Shown here: piece after piece, positions 20,091 to 27,946 of the stretch
Numbering within the stretch: position 1 is the first letter of the stretch
How the letters are laid out: each line of letters starts with the position of its first letter
Translations under genes and position numbers: made by a program
The notes under the pieces: generated by a model
Told to the model about the DNA's origin: nothing
Database searches by the model: none
What the model saw: the letters and a program-made list of their open reading frames with translations, nothing else
Origin: a virus
Taxonomy: Duplodnaviria > Caudoviricetes
IMG/VR virus record: IMGVR_UViG_3300037048_000158
Span: 1-45,085 of that record
Direction: 5' to 3' (one strand)
Length of the DNA: 45,085 nt

Positions 20091-20126
20091 CAAAAATATA
20101 ACCTGATATCAGGTAAATAAAGGACA
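20091..20126 (-). promoter_or_regulatory. Putative phage late promoter with a 14-bp palindrome in the spacer
   Basis: TGTCCTTT-N20-TATTTTTG; ACCTGATATCAGGT at 20101..20114. Confidence 0.65.
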
Positions 20127-20153
20127 AAAAAAAAGCCCCGGAAACGGGGGCTT
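20126..20153 (-). terminator. Intrinsic terminator
   Basis: GC-rich hairpin followed by a 9-nt U-tract, immediately after the protease stop. Confidence 0.8.
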
Positions 20154-20712
20154 AAAATCTTTTATGAGGTCCTTTTTTACGTATTCGTTCTACAGCTCTT
20201 CGCTCTTCTCTTGATAATCCCGATGTTCCTTCATTCGGATGTATCATTGTTTTCTCCGGACTGGTAAAGTCAATTCTGGATATTGAAGGAAATCTAAAAG
20301 ACATTACGGTATGATTATTTGCATTTGTTACTGCAAAATCACCATTACCAATAATATCCATGCCTATAAGTACTGCGAAATCTCCGCTCAGCTTTTCACA
20401 TTCAGTAACTTTTATTGGAAATATCGTAACATTGTTAGGCAATGTAATCGAAACCAAGTAAACATTAGCTATTGAAGACCCTGTTACTCCCTGCACATTT
20501 GTTTGTGATACTGGAAATAACTTAAGGTCATCTACAACTTTTTTCGTTATTACACTTCCAGTTGCTCCTGTATCCCAAATAGCCTGATATCTACCATGAG
20601 GTTTTGATTTATTAATATGAGAATCAGGATGTCCGATAATGACATCAGTTACCAGCACATTAACTTTATTTCTGTATTCAGTTGTAAAGTTGTGGATTTG
20701 TATATTATCCAT
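20152..20712 (-). CDS. Retropepsin-like (clan AA) aspartic protease
   Basis: AIWDTGATGSVI catalytic motif and VLIGMDII C-terminal motif. Confidence 0.88.
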   Translation of the reverse strand: MDNIQIHNFTTEYRNKVNVLVTDVIIGHPDSHINKSKPHGRYQAIWDTGATGSVITKKVVDDLKLFPVSQTNVQGVTGSSIANVYLVSITLPNNVTIFPIKVTECEKLSGDFAVLIGMDIIGNGDFAVTNANNHTVMSFRFPSISRIDFTSPEKTMIHPNEGTSGLSREERRAVERIRKKGPHKRF

Positions 20713-20728
20713 TCATTAACTATTTAGA

Positions 20729-20965
20729 TCAAGCAAATACAACTCTGGTATGAAAAGTTTGAGTAAGTCCTTTATCGCCAGGCTCACATTTTTGAATCAG
20801 AAATGTGCCTTCCTCGTATTTATCAATACTATCCATATAGGCATCAAGTTCATTGTCGAAGACTCCAACAACTTTTTCATTTTTTATAACAAGAGTTTTT
20901 CCTGAATACTCCTTTTCGAGTTCAGCTTTATGTTCTACGTAAAAATTGAATTCTTTGGTTAACAT
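20729..20965 (-). CDS. DUF5678-like small protein
   Basis: L.KEF.FY..H..EL...Y.GK.LVIK...VVG.FD...DAY pattern; directly upstream of the aspartic protease. Confidence 0.7.
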   Translation of the reverse strand: MLTKEFNFYVEHKAELEKEYSGKTLVIKNEKVVGVFDNELDAYMDSIDKYEEGTFLIQKCEPGDKGLTQTFHTRVVFA

Positions 20966-20989
20966 ACTTTTCTCTTTTATTAGGGATTG

Positions 20990-21022
20990 CAAAAGTAAAT
21001 ATTATTTACAATACGATTGTAA
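20990..21022 (-). promoter_or_regulatory. Promoter (-7 TACTTTTG) with palindromic operator TACAAT-ACG-ATTGTA
   Basis: -7 element at 20990..20997; palindrome at 21007..21021. Confidence 0.6.
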
Positions 21023-21067
21023 TTATTAACAAATGTATTGCAAAAATGATTTAAAATCAATATAAAT

Positions 21068-21128
21068 AAAAAAACCCCGGAAACTTGCCTGGGGAATCAG
21101 CCATAGCTGAGGCAAGATCCGGGGCTTT
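21068..21128 (-). terminator. Branched terminator hairpin ending the antirepressor operon
   Basis: CCCCGGA..CTTGCC..(TCAGC/GCTGA)..GGCAAG..TCCGGGG followed by a U-tract. Confidence 0.7.
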
Positions 21129-21143
21129 CACCATGTTCAAAGG

Positions 21144-21404
21144 TTACTTTTTAAATACCTCCAGTTCTTCAGCTATACCGCTGATCAGGGTTATATGATG
21201 CATTGCATCCTGAAGGTATGTTTCGCCCAGCTGCTCAGATAACCTGGCAATAAAACCAACAGCTTTCAGCAAATCGCAAATGCGACCCTCTACACTGTCA
21301 TTGTCATGTTGCTGCCAGTTAGCAATAGTATCAACAGTTTTGTCGCTCAGTACTGCTTCTCCTATTTTGTGCAGCACAACAGACTTGGTATTAACCTGCA
21401 GCAT
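21144..21404 (-). CDS. Small helical protein downstream of the antirepressor
   Basis: Start MLQVNTK overlaps the ant stop; GGAAGGAGG upstream. Confidence 0.55.
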   Translation of the reverse strand: MLQVNTKSVVLHKIGEAVLSDKTVDTIANWQQHDNDSVEGRICDLLKAVGFIARLSEQLGETYLQDAMHHITLISGIAEELEVFKK

Positions 21405-21963
21405 CTGCAGCCTCCTTCCCGAAAAATCCAAAATCAAGCATAAGCTGATTCTTGTTATCAAAATAATCCTGCTGGTTAATTTTGCGGGCCCTGTTAAGTT
21501 CTTCCCGGGCAGTAAGTACTTTATCTTTTGCATCCCGAAAATCAATACGTGCATTATCATAGATAAGTAACTTTTCGTCAATAATGCTTTGTCGAAATTC
21601 CAGAAAATCTTCCAGCCTTGTAAAATAGTTGTAAAGTGCATGATGGCACTCAAGCTGATATCGAAGCAAAGGTTCTTTTGACTCTTCTTTAACTTTTCTG
21701 CTGTCGATATTACACAACCACCCAAATACAAATTCAAGTGGAATTGTAATCATTTCATACTGCTTTCCATCCGATCCAGTTGTAAGGATCATCTTTATAA
21801 CTGAACTGTAAATCGGATGTGTTTTAAGTACCTCTAACTGGCCCTGCATTGTTATTCCCAATGCTTCACAAATTGGCTTTACAGGGACCATTTTTTCACC
21901 TGCTTCGATAATCTGGATGCTTACACCGTTGATGCGGGCAACCGTTGTCATGTTGTTTTCCAT
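21391..21963 (-). CDS. ant: Phage antirepressor (P22_AR_N domain)
   Basis: VPVKPICEALGI...SDGKQYEMITIPLEFVFGWL..I...KVK...L..YQ.EC is the P22 Ant N-terminal signature. Confidence 0.85.
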   Translation of the reverse strand: MENNMTTVARINGVSIQIIEAGEKMVPVKPICEALGITMQGQLEVLKTHPIYSSVIKMILTTGSDGKQYEMITIPLEFVFGWLCNIDSRKVKEESKEPLLRYQLECHHALYNYFTRLEDFLEFRQSIIDEKLLIYDNARIDFRDAKDKVLTAREELNRARKINQQDYFDNKNQLMLDFGFFGKEAADAAG

Positions 21964-21975
21964 AGCTGTGCCTCC

Positions 21976-22494
21976 TTAGTCGATCATGTTATCATTCATA
22001 CAATAGCCATAATATGACTTTGGGTGATTCTTTATCACCATTTCGAAGTAATAAAGGCTTCGACGCACAAACATGATGTCTTCTTCGCAAACAATGCCTG
22101 TTTTACTGTATTCAATCAACAGTTTAACGGGCTTGCCTTCTGCATTGTACAATTCTCTACAAAACATGCAATCGTGCGCGGTAAGCACCTTCACAGCTTG
22201 CTGAAAAAGTGGTGTTGGCAATTCAGTGATGGAAAATTTTAGCCTGTAAAAAAGCCTGTTTTTTAATGCTTTACGCATGTAGTTAAACCATCCGGGTGTA
22301 GATGTAACAGGCAGCACATCGTTAATAAACGTTTGTGCATTTAATTGCTTGTTTTGATGCAGATTAAGCACAATTTCAATAGCCCGCTTCTGGTTGCCCG
22401 GAGCCATGCTAATAAAGTTGAGTACATCGTTGAGATTCATTTTCGATCCTGACAGATCGCATGGGCGCATCGCCCTGGTTACGGTAGGTAACAT
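21976..22494 (-). CDS. Hypothetical protein, first gene of the antirepressor operon
   Basis: AGGAGA upstream; starts 1 nt after the leader ORF stop. Confidence 0.6.
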   Translation of the reverse strand: MLPTVTRAMRPCDLSGSKMNLNDVLNFISMAPGNQKRAIEIVLNLHQNKQLNAQTFINDVLPVTSTPGWFNYMRKALKNRLFYRLKFSITELPTPLFQQAVKVLTAHDCMFCRELYNAEGKPVKLLIEYSKTGIVCEEDIMFVRRSLYYFEMVIKNHPKSYYGYCMNDNMID

Positions 22495-22495
22495 C

Positions 22496-22621
22496 TTACA
22501 TTTCTCCTAATGAAAAAACCCCCAACCATCCGTGAAAACACCCCGCCAAGGGTGCTACCGGTTGCCCGGTAAGATGATTGAGGGTTTCCCCTATTAAGTT
22601 AAATGTTGATTCTAAGAACAT
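22496..22621 (-). CDS. 41-aa leader ORF running through the C4-like RNA (not in ORF track)
   Basis: MFLESTFNLIGETLNHLTGQPVAPLAGCFHGWLGVFSLGEM; the stop TAA is followed by G-ATG of the next gene. Confidence 0.5.
   Translation of the reverse strand: MFLESTFNLIGETLNHLTGQPVAPLAGCFHGWLGVFSLGEM
22516..22587 (-). ncRNA. C4/CI-like antisense cloverleaf RNA
   Basis: ~14-bp closing stem whose G-U pairs work only on the minus strand; UACCGG-GCAA-CCGGUA GNRA hairpin; GCACCC-UUGGCG-GGGUGU hairpin; UUUCAC bulge. Loop and bulge are complementary to 22625..22642. Confidence 0.75.
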
Positions 22622-22674
22622 GGTTTGGCGGTTTTATTTCACTACATTCAGATGTTCAAGGCTGAATGATTGGG

Positions 22675-22705
22675 CAAATATACAATAAGATTGTAAAAAG
22701 TCAAG
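22675..22705 (-). promoter_or_regulatory. Promoter (CTTG-N19-TATATTTG) with operator TACAAT-AAG-ATTGTA
   Basis: -7 element at 22675..22682; palindrome at 22681..22695. Confidence 0.7.
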
Positions 22706-22707
22706 AA

Positions 22708-23664
22708 TTATTTTTCAATTCTTTTATGCCTAGTACTAAAAGCAAATCCCAACTTTCCATTTTCTATTTCAATCGTTTCAACTTTTATCCATTCATCATC
22801 TTCCTTTCTTGAAAGCCTCACTCCATTAATAATGGAAAGCAATTGATTCTCATCTATAATTTTGATATCTATTCCATTATTAATAAAATCTTCAGTCTTT
22901 TTCTTCTTTTCACGCCCGGGGTTATTGCCTGTGATAAGATAATTAATTCGCTCACTAACTGAAACGTCCAGATCAGCGCCTAGCCTTTTCAATAGTAACC
23001 CAAGATTATCACGCTCTGGCCAGTTTATGTATGTACCTGTTATTACTACTTTCTTTTGATAGAAAGGATTTTCAACATTCTCAGTGACATCAAAGCTTTT
23101 CTTAAATAGATCTCTGTTTAATTTCTTAGCATATCTTTTACCTGATTCTTTCTTTATACCAGGTGTCGGATTGTACTCAATAAAATTTGCATCATTTGAT
23201 TTCATAAACAAACAAGCTGCAGCTTCAGCATCTGAAAGAGCATCATGATGATTCAAACAAATACCAAACTCTTTGCAACATACATCGAGGGCTTTGCCTC
23301 CAAACAGTTTCATTGTGTCGGAATAATCAAATGACAGATCATCCGGATCAATAGCATAGTGAACCATGCATTTTCTTAGTACATCAATATCAAAGCTTGC
23401 ATTATGGCATACAAGGTGTTCCCCGTCAATAAAATTTTTTATTAAAGGATACAGTTCATAAAAATTAGGAGCATGTTCAGTGTTAACCGGAGAAATTCCG
23501 TGAACATTAATACAATTCTCTGAGTATGAATTACCCGGTGGTTGAATCAAAGAAAAGAATTTTTGAATGATTACCTGATCCTTAACTTTAATAATACCTA
23601 CTGCACATGCAGTATTTCTGCCATAGTTAGCAGTTTCAAAATCAATTGATACAAATGTTTTCAT
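22708..23664 (-). CDS. DnaQ-like DEDDh 3'-5' exonuclease fused to a BRCT domain
   Basis: SIDFETAN, VCHNASFD and HHDALSDA motifs; C-terminal KKVVITG...LGA...SVS..INYLITG..PG BRCT motif. Confidence 0.9.
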   Translation of the reverse strand: MKTFVSIDFETANYGRNTACAVGIIKVKDQVIIQKFFSLIQPPGNSYSENCINVHGISPVNTEHAPNFYELYPLIKNFIDGEHLVCHNASFDIDVLRKCMVHYAIDPDDLSFDYSDTMKLFGGKALDVCCKEFGICLNHHDALSDAEAAACLFMKSNDANFIEYNPTPGIKKESGKRYAKKLNRDLFKKSFDVTENVENPFYQKKVVITGTYINWPERDNLGLLLKRLGADLDVSVSERINYLITGNNPGREKKKKTEDFINNGIDIKIIDENQLLSIINGVRLSRKEDDEWIKVETIEIENGKLGFAFSTRHKRIEK

Positions 23665-24068
23665 GTCTTTGGTTTTAATTTACAATGTAAATGTAATTCA
23701 TGCAACCAAAATACCCGCACGAAATCCCCAACGAAGCCCCTTGTTTAGAGCCATTACAAATAAAAAAAGCCCCTGCATATTGCGTGATTTTTCAAAAATG
23801 GCAATTGCCAAGCGATTCAGCGCGGTGCGGGTTCTTCAGTCCGGGAAAGGGGAGAAATCCCCCTTTCAACCCTTGTTTTTTTCTCATTTTCAAGGTCATA
23901 AACTTTTGAAAATGCGAACCCTCAGAGCGCCGAAAACAAACCGGCAATTGAAAAAAATCATAAAAATTTTTTCAATCAATTACAGGGCATCTGATAAAGC
24001 CACAGCTATATTTAAATTCTTGGATTAATTATAATGACCTGAATATGAACTAAATATATTACATTTTA

Positions 24069-24100
24069 CTTGCATATATTACAATTATGTTGTATATTTA
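24069..24100 (+). promoter_or_regulatory. Promoter (CTTG-N20-TATATTTA) with operator TACAAT-TAT-GTTGTA
   Basis: Same operator/-7 overlap geometry as 22675..22695. Confidence 0.6.
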
Positions 24101-24135
24101 TATCATAATTCACTATTAATCTAACACTTAAACAA

Positions 24136-24540
24136 ATGAGTAAAGCAGCAAACAGGGCAGCCAAAGAAGCTACCCAGGCCACAGGCCAAAACGAAAGCCA
24201 GGACAAAAGCCAGGCAGTTGAAACAACAATGCAGGTTTTGAAACCGGAGCCACAGCCGGAACCGGAACCGGAGAAACCAAACGTTTATGATGTGATTCGC
24301 AAAATTTATGAGCAGTACCACCGTAGCGAGCAGCATTCAAACTATTTGCAGCAACTTGACAGACTGCAGCAATTCAGAAGCCAGATAAATAATAATACTA
24401 ATCTGGTTCTCTCAAACGGAGCAGGACAAGCCACTTTTACAAGTGTTGACCCTGCAGCCGTTGACACTCTTATTGATATCTGTATCAAGAACGTAAAAGG
24501 CAAGATTTCAGAAATTGAAAACATGCTGATTGCAGCGTAA
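24136..24540 (+). CDS. Hypothetical protein (Pro/Glu linker, helical)
   Basis: A-rich start context; first gene of the plus-strand island operon. Confidence 0.65.
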   Translation: MSKAANRAAKEATQATGQNESQDKSQAVETTMQVLKPEPQPEPEPEKPNVYDVIRKIYEQYHRSEQHSNYLQQLDRLQQFRSQINNNTNLVLSNGAGQATFTSVDPAAVDTLIDICIKNVKGKISEIENMLIAA

Positions 24541-24591
24541 TCTTTAACCGGCCGGCAGGTCCAACGGCTTGCCGGCCTAACTTTTTAAGAC

Positions 24592-24936
24592 ATGGAAAAG
24601 ACAAACGAACACAAGGAGAAGAGGGAAGCCCTCAAAGCATTGAGCCAACAGGTTAAACCACTGGTGAAAGAAGGCCAGTATGATACCGTAAACGATGCTA
24701 TTATGGATTGTTTTTACAGGCAGAACGGACACAGCGAATTCAATACACTGTGGGAATGGAATAAAAAAGGTTACAGGATTTTAAAAGGTAGCAAAGCATT
24801 CGTAGTTTGGGGAAGCCCCCGACAGTTAAAGAAGGTAGAACCGGAAACGGACGAGGACAAAAAAGAAGAATTTTTTCCGCTATGTTATTTATTCAGCAAC
24901 CTGCAGGTTGAGCAATCAGAAAGGAGAGCAGCATAA
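24592..24936 (+). CDS. ArdC-N-like ssDNA-binding domain protein
   Basis: FNTLWEWNKKGYRILKGSKA...YLFSNLQ matches the ArdC N-terminal T..W...G..V.KG.K....F...Q pattern; no metalloprotease domain. Confidence 0.75.
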   Translation: MEKTNEHKEKREALKALSQQVKPLVKEGQYDTVNDAIMDCFYRQNGHSEFNTLWEWNKKGYRILKGSKAFVVWGSPRQLKKVEPETDEDKKEEFFPLCYLFSNLQVEQSERRAA

Positions 24937-25151
24937 TGGCACAGGTTAAGACATTGCGAAGATTAAGAATTCAGGAAAAAATAAGGTTCGGCCGATTCTA
25001 TAACAGAACCCTTTATCCGGCAATCCGAATAGAAGGAAATTGGCTAAAGGATGCCGGATTTTTGCCTAATACCTGCGTTTATGTAATTATAGAATCAGGC
25101 AAAATTGTAATTAAACCCGAAGCAGAAACCACAAACAAGCAAAGAGCATGA
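24936..25151 (+). CDS. symE: SymE-family (AbrB-fold) toxin-like protein
   Basis: PAIRIEGNWLKDAGF....VYV..ESGKIVI; TAATG translational coupling. Confidence 0.8.
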   Translation: MAQVKTLRRLRIQEKIRFGRFYNRTLYPAIRIEGNWLKDAGFLPNTCVYVIIESGKIVIKPEAETTNKQRA

Positions 25152-25336
25152 CAGCGCCAACAGGAAACTATTTTTATTGCAGATATTGCGGTGATTATTT
25201 CACCATGGGCAGGGAAGATTTTAATTCATATATGAATGGAGAAATGGAAACCCCTGACACCTGCGATTTATGTATTGAAATGCTGAACAGTCAGCCGGAA
25301 CCGGATTATTTCTCAGATGCAGACCCGGGATTGTAA
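25148..25336 (+). CDS. Small zinc-ribbon protein
   Basis: CRYC...PDTCDLC; ATGA overlap with the symE-like gene. Confidence 0.65.
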   Translation: MTAPTGNYFYCRYCGDYFTMGREDFNSYMNGEMETPDTCDLCIEMLNSQPEPDYFSDADPGL

Positions 25337-25499
25337 CCGATAATAAACGTTTTTAAACGTTTAGCCGAGGGGTCCTCCCCCCCGCGGCTGTCTCGCTTCG
25401 CTCGACAGCCGCTCCCCCCGGAATTGGTACTCTTCGAGTAAGATTGATATCATCCGCTTCGCTCTTTAAATCCGTCAAAAACTTAAACTTTAGCCTTTA

Positions 25500-27122
25500 T
25501 TAGATTTCCATCATGCTGGTGCTCATGCCCGGAGTAGATGCTGATGTATAATCAGGGTAAAAGAACATTCCTAACATCAGATCATCCCAGGCATCGGTAC
25601 CATCAGTTCTATGCTGGAGAAGATCCTCTTCACTTTCGGCAAGCTTCTCACCACTTTTATCCTTCTGAAAACCGTTAGGCCCGATCCTGATGCCGGTATG
25701 CTCCAGTGAGAGCTTCAGAGCTTCATTGTTATTGACATTAATTTGAGGCATCAAATACTTCTGGCCTTTCAAAGCCTGGTCAAGTATGATGTATTTTTCA
25801 TGATGCTTCAGGGTATTGCCGATAAATACTTTTTTTACGGTCCACCGGTTCTTGTCGAACTGACTGCAGACAACTGAGGCGAAGTCTTCGTCCGACACAG
25901 CATAATTAGAACCAAGGGCAGTTGAATTGTAATAGTAAACCACTTCCCTGGTGGAGTGATGACGATAGTATTTACAGAAATCGTCAATCACTTCGCGCAG
26001 CTTTCGTTGATACTTAACATAAAAGCTTTTCAGGGTATTAGCTTTTATTCCTTTTTGCTGGCCTACTATGCACCAGTTGATATTTGCGTTATAGTCGAAT
26101 GCGACACACAGTGGCCGGTTGAGATCCACATCACCATCCTGAATGCAGCTCTCTTCCCGGGCCTTATCAAAATCGTATTCTAATCCCTGCAGGTAATCAT
26201 TGTTGAAGGCTGAATAAAAATGTGAATCTTTTAATCCAGGATAAAATCCATCCTTTAGTTTCCCGGGCCTGATGCACATGATCGATGTCATAAAAACCAA
26301 AGGCGGAAGGTCACGCTTCATTTGCGCTATGTACTTTTTACCAAGTAACTCAACATTCTCAATTGATGATACTTCGCGATAATAAACAGCCACACTCCGG
26401 AGCTGAGCCAACTGAAGGGAATACTCCCTGATCAGGCGCTTGTTCCATTCAGTCTGGGAATCCTGCTTTAAATCGTAAATTTTGCGTACAAGCCATTTGA
26501 TTGACTCAATTACTTCCGGATCTGATTTCTCTTTGTAATTCAAAAACCATGATCCCTTCTTACTGGTGGGCATGTCGGAAGTAAACAGGACAGAATTTAA
26601 CCATGGGCAGTTTTTCCAGGGACCTTTGTATCCACCATTTGCCGGCAGGGTTTCATCTTTAAGCTTATCGAAATCTAAGAACTTTGCTTCATCACCAAGG
26701 ATGTACTGCAGAGTAAGCGAATTACTTGATCCGGGGATATCCTGCGATATCAAATACTGAATTGAGCCATTGTACCAGCTTACCACATGATCGCAGCTCA
26801 CAGGCTTTATTACCGGCTCCTTAAAGCCGGCCGACTTAGGTGGTTTTCGTCCGACAAAATAGTGAACATTGCGATGATATCCCTGATCTTCCAGAGCTTT
26901 AAAAGTTCCGGGCAATGTCCTGGTAAGCAATTGCTGAAATGTACTGCCAACAATACCACCTCCGGAGCGTGGCATGTACTGAACATTGCGCAATAACCAG
27001 GGAGCATTAAGCCCATGCGATTTGCCCAGGCGCCGGCCGCCGACAAATATTGAGGTATGAGCGCCAACATATCGGAATTCAAGTTGAGGATCATTGAAAT
27101 ATATCTTCTTCTTTTCCTGCAT
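25500..27122 (-). CDS. terL: Terminase large subunit
   Basis: Walker A GGRRLGKS, Walker B ILGDEAK, RNase-H nuclease residues AFDYN and TDGTDAWD. Confidence 0.9.
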   Translation of the reverse strand: MQEKKKIYFNDPQLEFRYVGAHTSIFVGGRRLGKSHGLNAPWLLRNVQYMPRSGGGIVGSTFQQLLTRTLPGTFKALEDQGYHRNVHYFVGRKPPKSAGFKEPVIKPVSCDHVVSWYNGSIQYLISQDIPGSSNSLTLQYILGDEAKFLDFDKLKDETLPANGGYKGPWKNCPWLNSVLFTSDMPTSKKGSWFLNYKEKSDPEVIESIKWLVRKIYDLKQDSQTEWNKRLIREYSLQLAQLRSVAVYYREVSSIENVELLGKKYIAQMKRDLPPLVFMTSIMCIRPGKLKDGFYPGLKDSHFYSAFNNDYLQGLEYDFDKAREESCIQDGDVDLNRPLCVAFDYNANINWCIVGQQKGIKANTLKSFYVKYQRKLREVIDDFCKYYRHHSTREVVYYYNSTALGSNYAVSDEDFASVVCSQFDKNRWTVKKVFIGNTLKHHEKYIILDQALKGQKYLMPQINVNNNEALKLSLEHTGIRIGPNGFQKDKSGEKLAESEEDLLQHRTDGTDAWDDLMLGMFFYPDYTSASTPGMSTSMMEI

Positions 27123-27687
27123 TGTTAATGTCTTCGTAGGTTATATCCTCAATTTCAATTTCACCCTTGTATTTTTCAATTAGCTTCCGGATCTCTTCCT
27201 GTTTGTTCTCAAGAGGCTTAATTCCCAGAACCGTTGGGTCTGAAGTGGGTTCAATGGGTACCGGTATGATATCATCCCAGGGAAGTTCTTCTTCATCAAC
27301 CTGGTCGAGACGGTTGTATTTTCCGAGCGCTGCAATGGCCAATATCCTTTCCTTGAGCTTGCCTACTGCTTTAGCTTCACCAATTGCGTCTTTCAGCTCT
27401 TCATTTACAACATAACGAATCCATTCTTTTCCGGCATTTTTTATATTTGGAAGAATCACCTTCATATTTGCAAGATCACGATAGGCCTGTGACTGACTTA
27501 TTTTAAACTCAGACATCAGATAATCTTTCAACACATTATCCGGTAAACTGGGATGATCAAGTAAAAATGTAAAAGCAAACCTATAGCGCTTGAGCTGGTC
27601 ACGCTCAACAGGTGTGAGTGCTGTTAACTCATCCATGTCGCGGAACATCAGGTCCTGAAATTTATCCAGGTTGTTTTTTCTACTCAT
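27091..27687 (-). CDS. Putative terminase small subunit (HTH)
   Basis: FKISQSQAYRD helix-turn-helix; immediately upstream of terL. Confidence 0.6.
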   Translation of the reverse strand: MSRKNNLDKFQDLMFRDMDELTALTPVERDQLKRYRFAFTFLLDHPSLPDNVLKDYLMSEFKISQSQAYRDLANMKVILPNIKNAGKEWIRYVVNEELKDAIGEAKAVGKLKERILAIAALGKYNRLDQVDEEELPWDDIIPVPIEPTSDPTVLGIKPLENKQEEIRKLIEKYKGEIEIEDITYEDINNAGKEEDIFQ

Positions 27688-27946
27688 TATTCTTTTGTTT
27701 TACAATGTATCCCTGAACTAACTCTTCAGCTGCAGGTGATCCCTTTTTTGCAAACGCAACTGTTTGCCTTCTTACATCGAGGATGCTTTTCAATTTACCC
27801 CGATTATAAGCCCGTGCGCGTTCATTTTTGCCATGTCTGATGTCTCGCCTAAATTCGGCCGGATCGATGTCCAGGAGCAGCGAGATTTCATCTACAGTCA
27901 AAAATAGCCCCGCATATTCTTCGATTTTTTGTTCTATTTCATCCAT
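27680..27946 (-). CDS. Small HTH-like packaging-module protein
   Basis: LTVDEISLLLDID...AYNRG...AKKGSPAA. Confidence 0.55.
   Translation of the reverse strand: MDEIEQKIEEYAGLFLTVDEISLLLDIDPAEFRRDIRHGKNERARAYNRGKLKSILDVRRQTVAFAKKGSPAAEELVQGYIVKQKNNE

Noticed and set aside
21405-21737. N-terminal extension of the 197-aa ORF
   Set aside because: Out-of-frame overlap with the antirepressor; the real start is likely 21404.
23663-24028. 121-aa and 69-aa plus-strand ORFs
   Set aside because: No protein-like features; the region looks regulatory or structural.
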